Source: Pristiophorus japonicus
Taxonomy: Eukaryota
NCBI RefSeq assembly: GCF_044704955.1
Contig: NW_027251843.1
Coordinates: 620,001-684,000, forward strand
DNA length: 64,000 bases
Reading direction: 5' to 3'
The notes below the pieces were generated by a model. It did no database searches. It was not told where the DNA came from and worked only from the letters and a program-made list of their open reading frames with translations. A program made the translations under genes and the position numbers. Below are positions 62,136-64,000 of this stretch, piece after piece; position 1 is the stretch's first letter; each line of letters begins with the position of its first letter.

Positions 62136-64000
62136 CATAGAAACATAGAAAATAGGTGCAGGAGTAGGCCATTCGGCCCTTCGAGCCTGCACCGACATTC
62201 AATGAGTTCATGGCTGAACATACAACTTCAGTACCCCATTCCTGCTTTCTCGCCATACCCCATGATCCCCCTAGTAGTAAGGACTACATCTAACTCCTTT
62301 TTGAATATATTTAGTGAATTGGCCTCAACAACTTTCTGTGGTAGAGAATTCCATAGCTTCACCACTCTCTGGGTGAAGAAGTTTCTCCTCAACTTGGTCC
62401 TAAATGGCTTACCCCTTATCCTTAGACTGTGACCCCTGGTTCTGGACTTCCCCAACATTGGGAACATTCTTCCTGCATCTAACCTGTCTAAACCCGTCAG
62501 AATTTTAAACGTGTCAATGAGATTCCCTCTCATTCTTCTGAACTCCAGTGAACACAAGCCCAGTTGATCCAGTTTTTCTTGATATGTCAGTCCCGCCATC
62601 CCGGGAATCAGTCTGGTGAACCTTTGCTGCACTCCCTCAATAGCAACAATGTCCTTCCTCAGGTCAGGAGACCTAAACTGTACACAATACTCTAGGTGTG
62701 GCCTCACCAAGGCCCTGCACAACTGTAGTACACCTCCCTGCCCCTGTACTCAAATCCCCTCTCTATGAAGGCCAACATGCCATTTGCTTTCTTAACCGCC
62801 TGCTGTACCTGCATGCCAACCTTCAATGACTGACATACCATGACACCCAGGTCTCGTTGCACCTCCCCTTTTCCTAATCTGTCACCATTCAGATAATAGT
62901 CTGTCTCTCTGTTTTTACCACCAAAGTGGATAACCTCACATTTATCCACATTATACTTCATCTGCCATGCATTTGCCCATTCACCAAACCTATTCAAGTC
63001 ACTCTGCAGCCTCATAGCATCCTCCTCGCAGCTCACACTGCCACCCAACTTAGTGTCATCCGCAAATTTGGAGATACTACATTTAATCCCCTCGTCTAAA
63101 TCATTAATGTACAATGTAACCAGCTGGGGCCCCAGCACAGAACCTTGCGGTACCCCACTAGTCATTGCCTGCCATTCTGAAAAGTACCCATTTACTCCTA
63201 CTCTTTGCTTCCTGTCTGCCAATGAGTTCTCAATCCATGTCAGCACACTACCCCCAATCCCACGTGCTTTAACTTTGCACATTAATCTCTTGTGTGGGAC
63301 CTTCTGAAAGTCCAAATACACCACATCAACTGGTTCTTCCTTGTCCACTCTCCTGGAAACATCCTCAAAAAAATTCCAGAAGATTTGTCAAGCATGATTT
63401 CCCTTTGACAAATCCATGCTGACTTGGACCTATCATGTCACCTCTTTCTAAATGCGCTGCTATGACATCCTTAAGAATTGATTCCATCATTTTACCCAGT
63501 ACCGATACCAGGCTGACCGATCTATAATTCCCTGTTTTCTATTTCCCTTCTTTTTTAAAAAGTGGGGTTGCATTGGCTACCCTCCACTCCATAGGAACTG
63601 ATCCAGACTCTATGGAATGTTGGAAAATGACTGTCAATGCATCCACTATTTCCAAGGCCACCTCCTTAAGTACCCTGGGATGCAGACCAACAGGCTCTGG
63701 TGATTTATCGGCCTTCAATCCCATCAATTTCCCCAACACAATTTCCCGACTAATAAGGATTTCCCTCAGTTCCTCCTTCTTACTAGACCCTCTGACCCCT
63801 TTTATATCCGGAAGGTTGTTTGTGTCCGCCTTAGTGATTAACGAACCAAAGTACTTGTTCAATTTGTCTGCCATTTCTTTGTTCCCCATTATGATGTCCC
63901 CTGATTCTGACTGCAGGGAACTTACGTTTGTCTTGACTAACCTTTTTCTCTTTACATATCAATAGAAGCTTTTGCAATCCGTCTTAATGTTCCCTGCAAG
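62136..64000 (-). mobile_element. CR1 ORF2, same young subfamily as 46723-51317, runs off the window
   Basis: Nearly collinear with 46730-48560. GVPQGSVLGP, FADDTKL. Confidence 0.95.

Noticed and set aside
59096-64000. Ig constant (C-kappa) exon
   Set aside because: No C1-set motifs (TLVCL..FYP, W, YSC.V.H) were found in the ORF track or by eye. The region is mostly CR1, SINE and LTR-like sequence.

Overview
Vertebrate genomic DNA, almost certainly from a cartilaginous fish (shark). Most of it, roughly 85% by eye, is decayed and nested transposons: many CR1 LINEs including one near-full-length copy, three Gypsy/Mag LTR elements, two solo LTRs, PIF/Harbinger remnants, RTE, L2, Tx1, SINEs and minisatellites. 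The one clear host locus is an unrearranged immunoglobulin kappa-type (shark type III/NS4-like) light-chain minicluster on the + strand. It has a promoter (Ets-IRF element, variant octamer, TATA), a leader exon (57052-57100), an intact V exon (57288-57586) with a 12-RSS, and a J segment (59061-59095) with a 23-RSS whose nonamer is degenerate. No C exon was found in the window. The most notable unexplained signal is a 211-bp non-TE module with B-cell enhancer motifs (EICE, E-box, RUNX, kB-like, CCAAT). It occurs twice in inverted orientation (40510-40720 and 54180-54390), about 99% identical and more conserved than its flanks, and one copy sits inside a CR1 element. TE family assignments come from motif recognition only and their boundaries are approximate unless TSDs are given.
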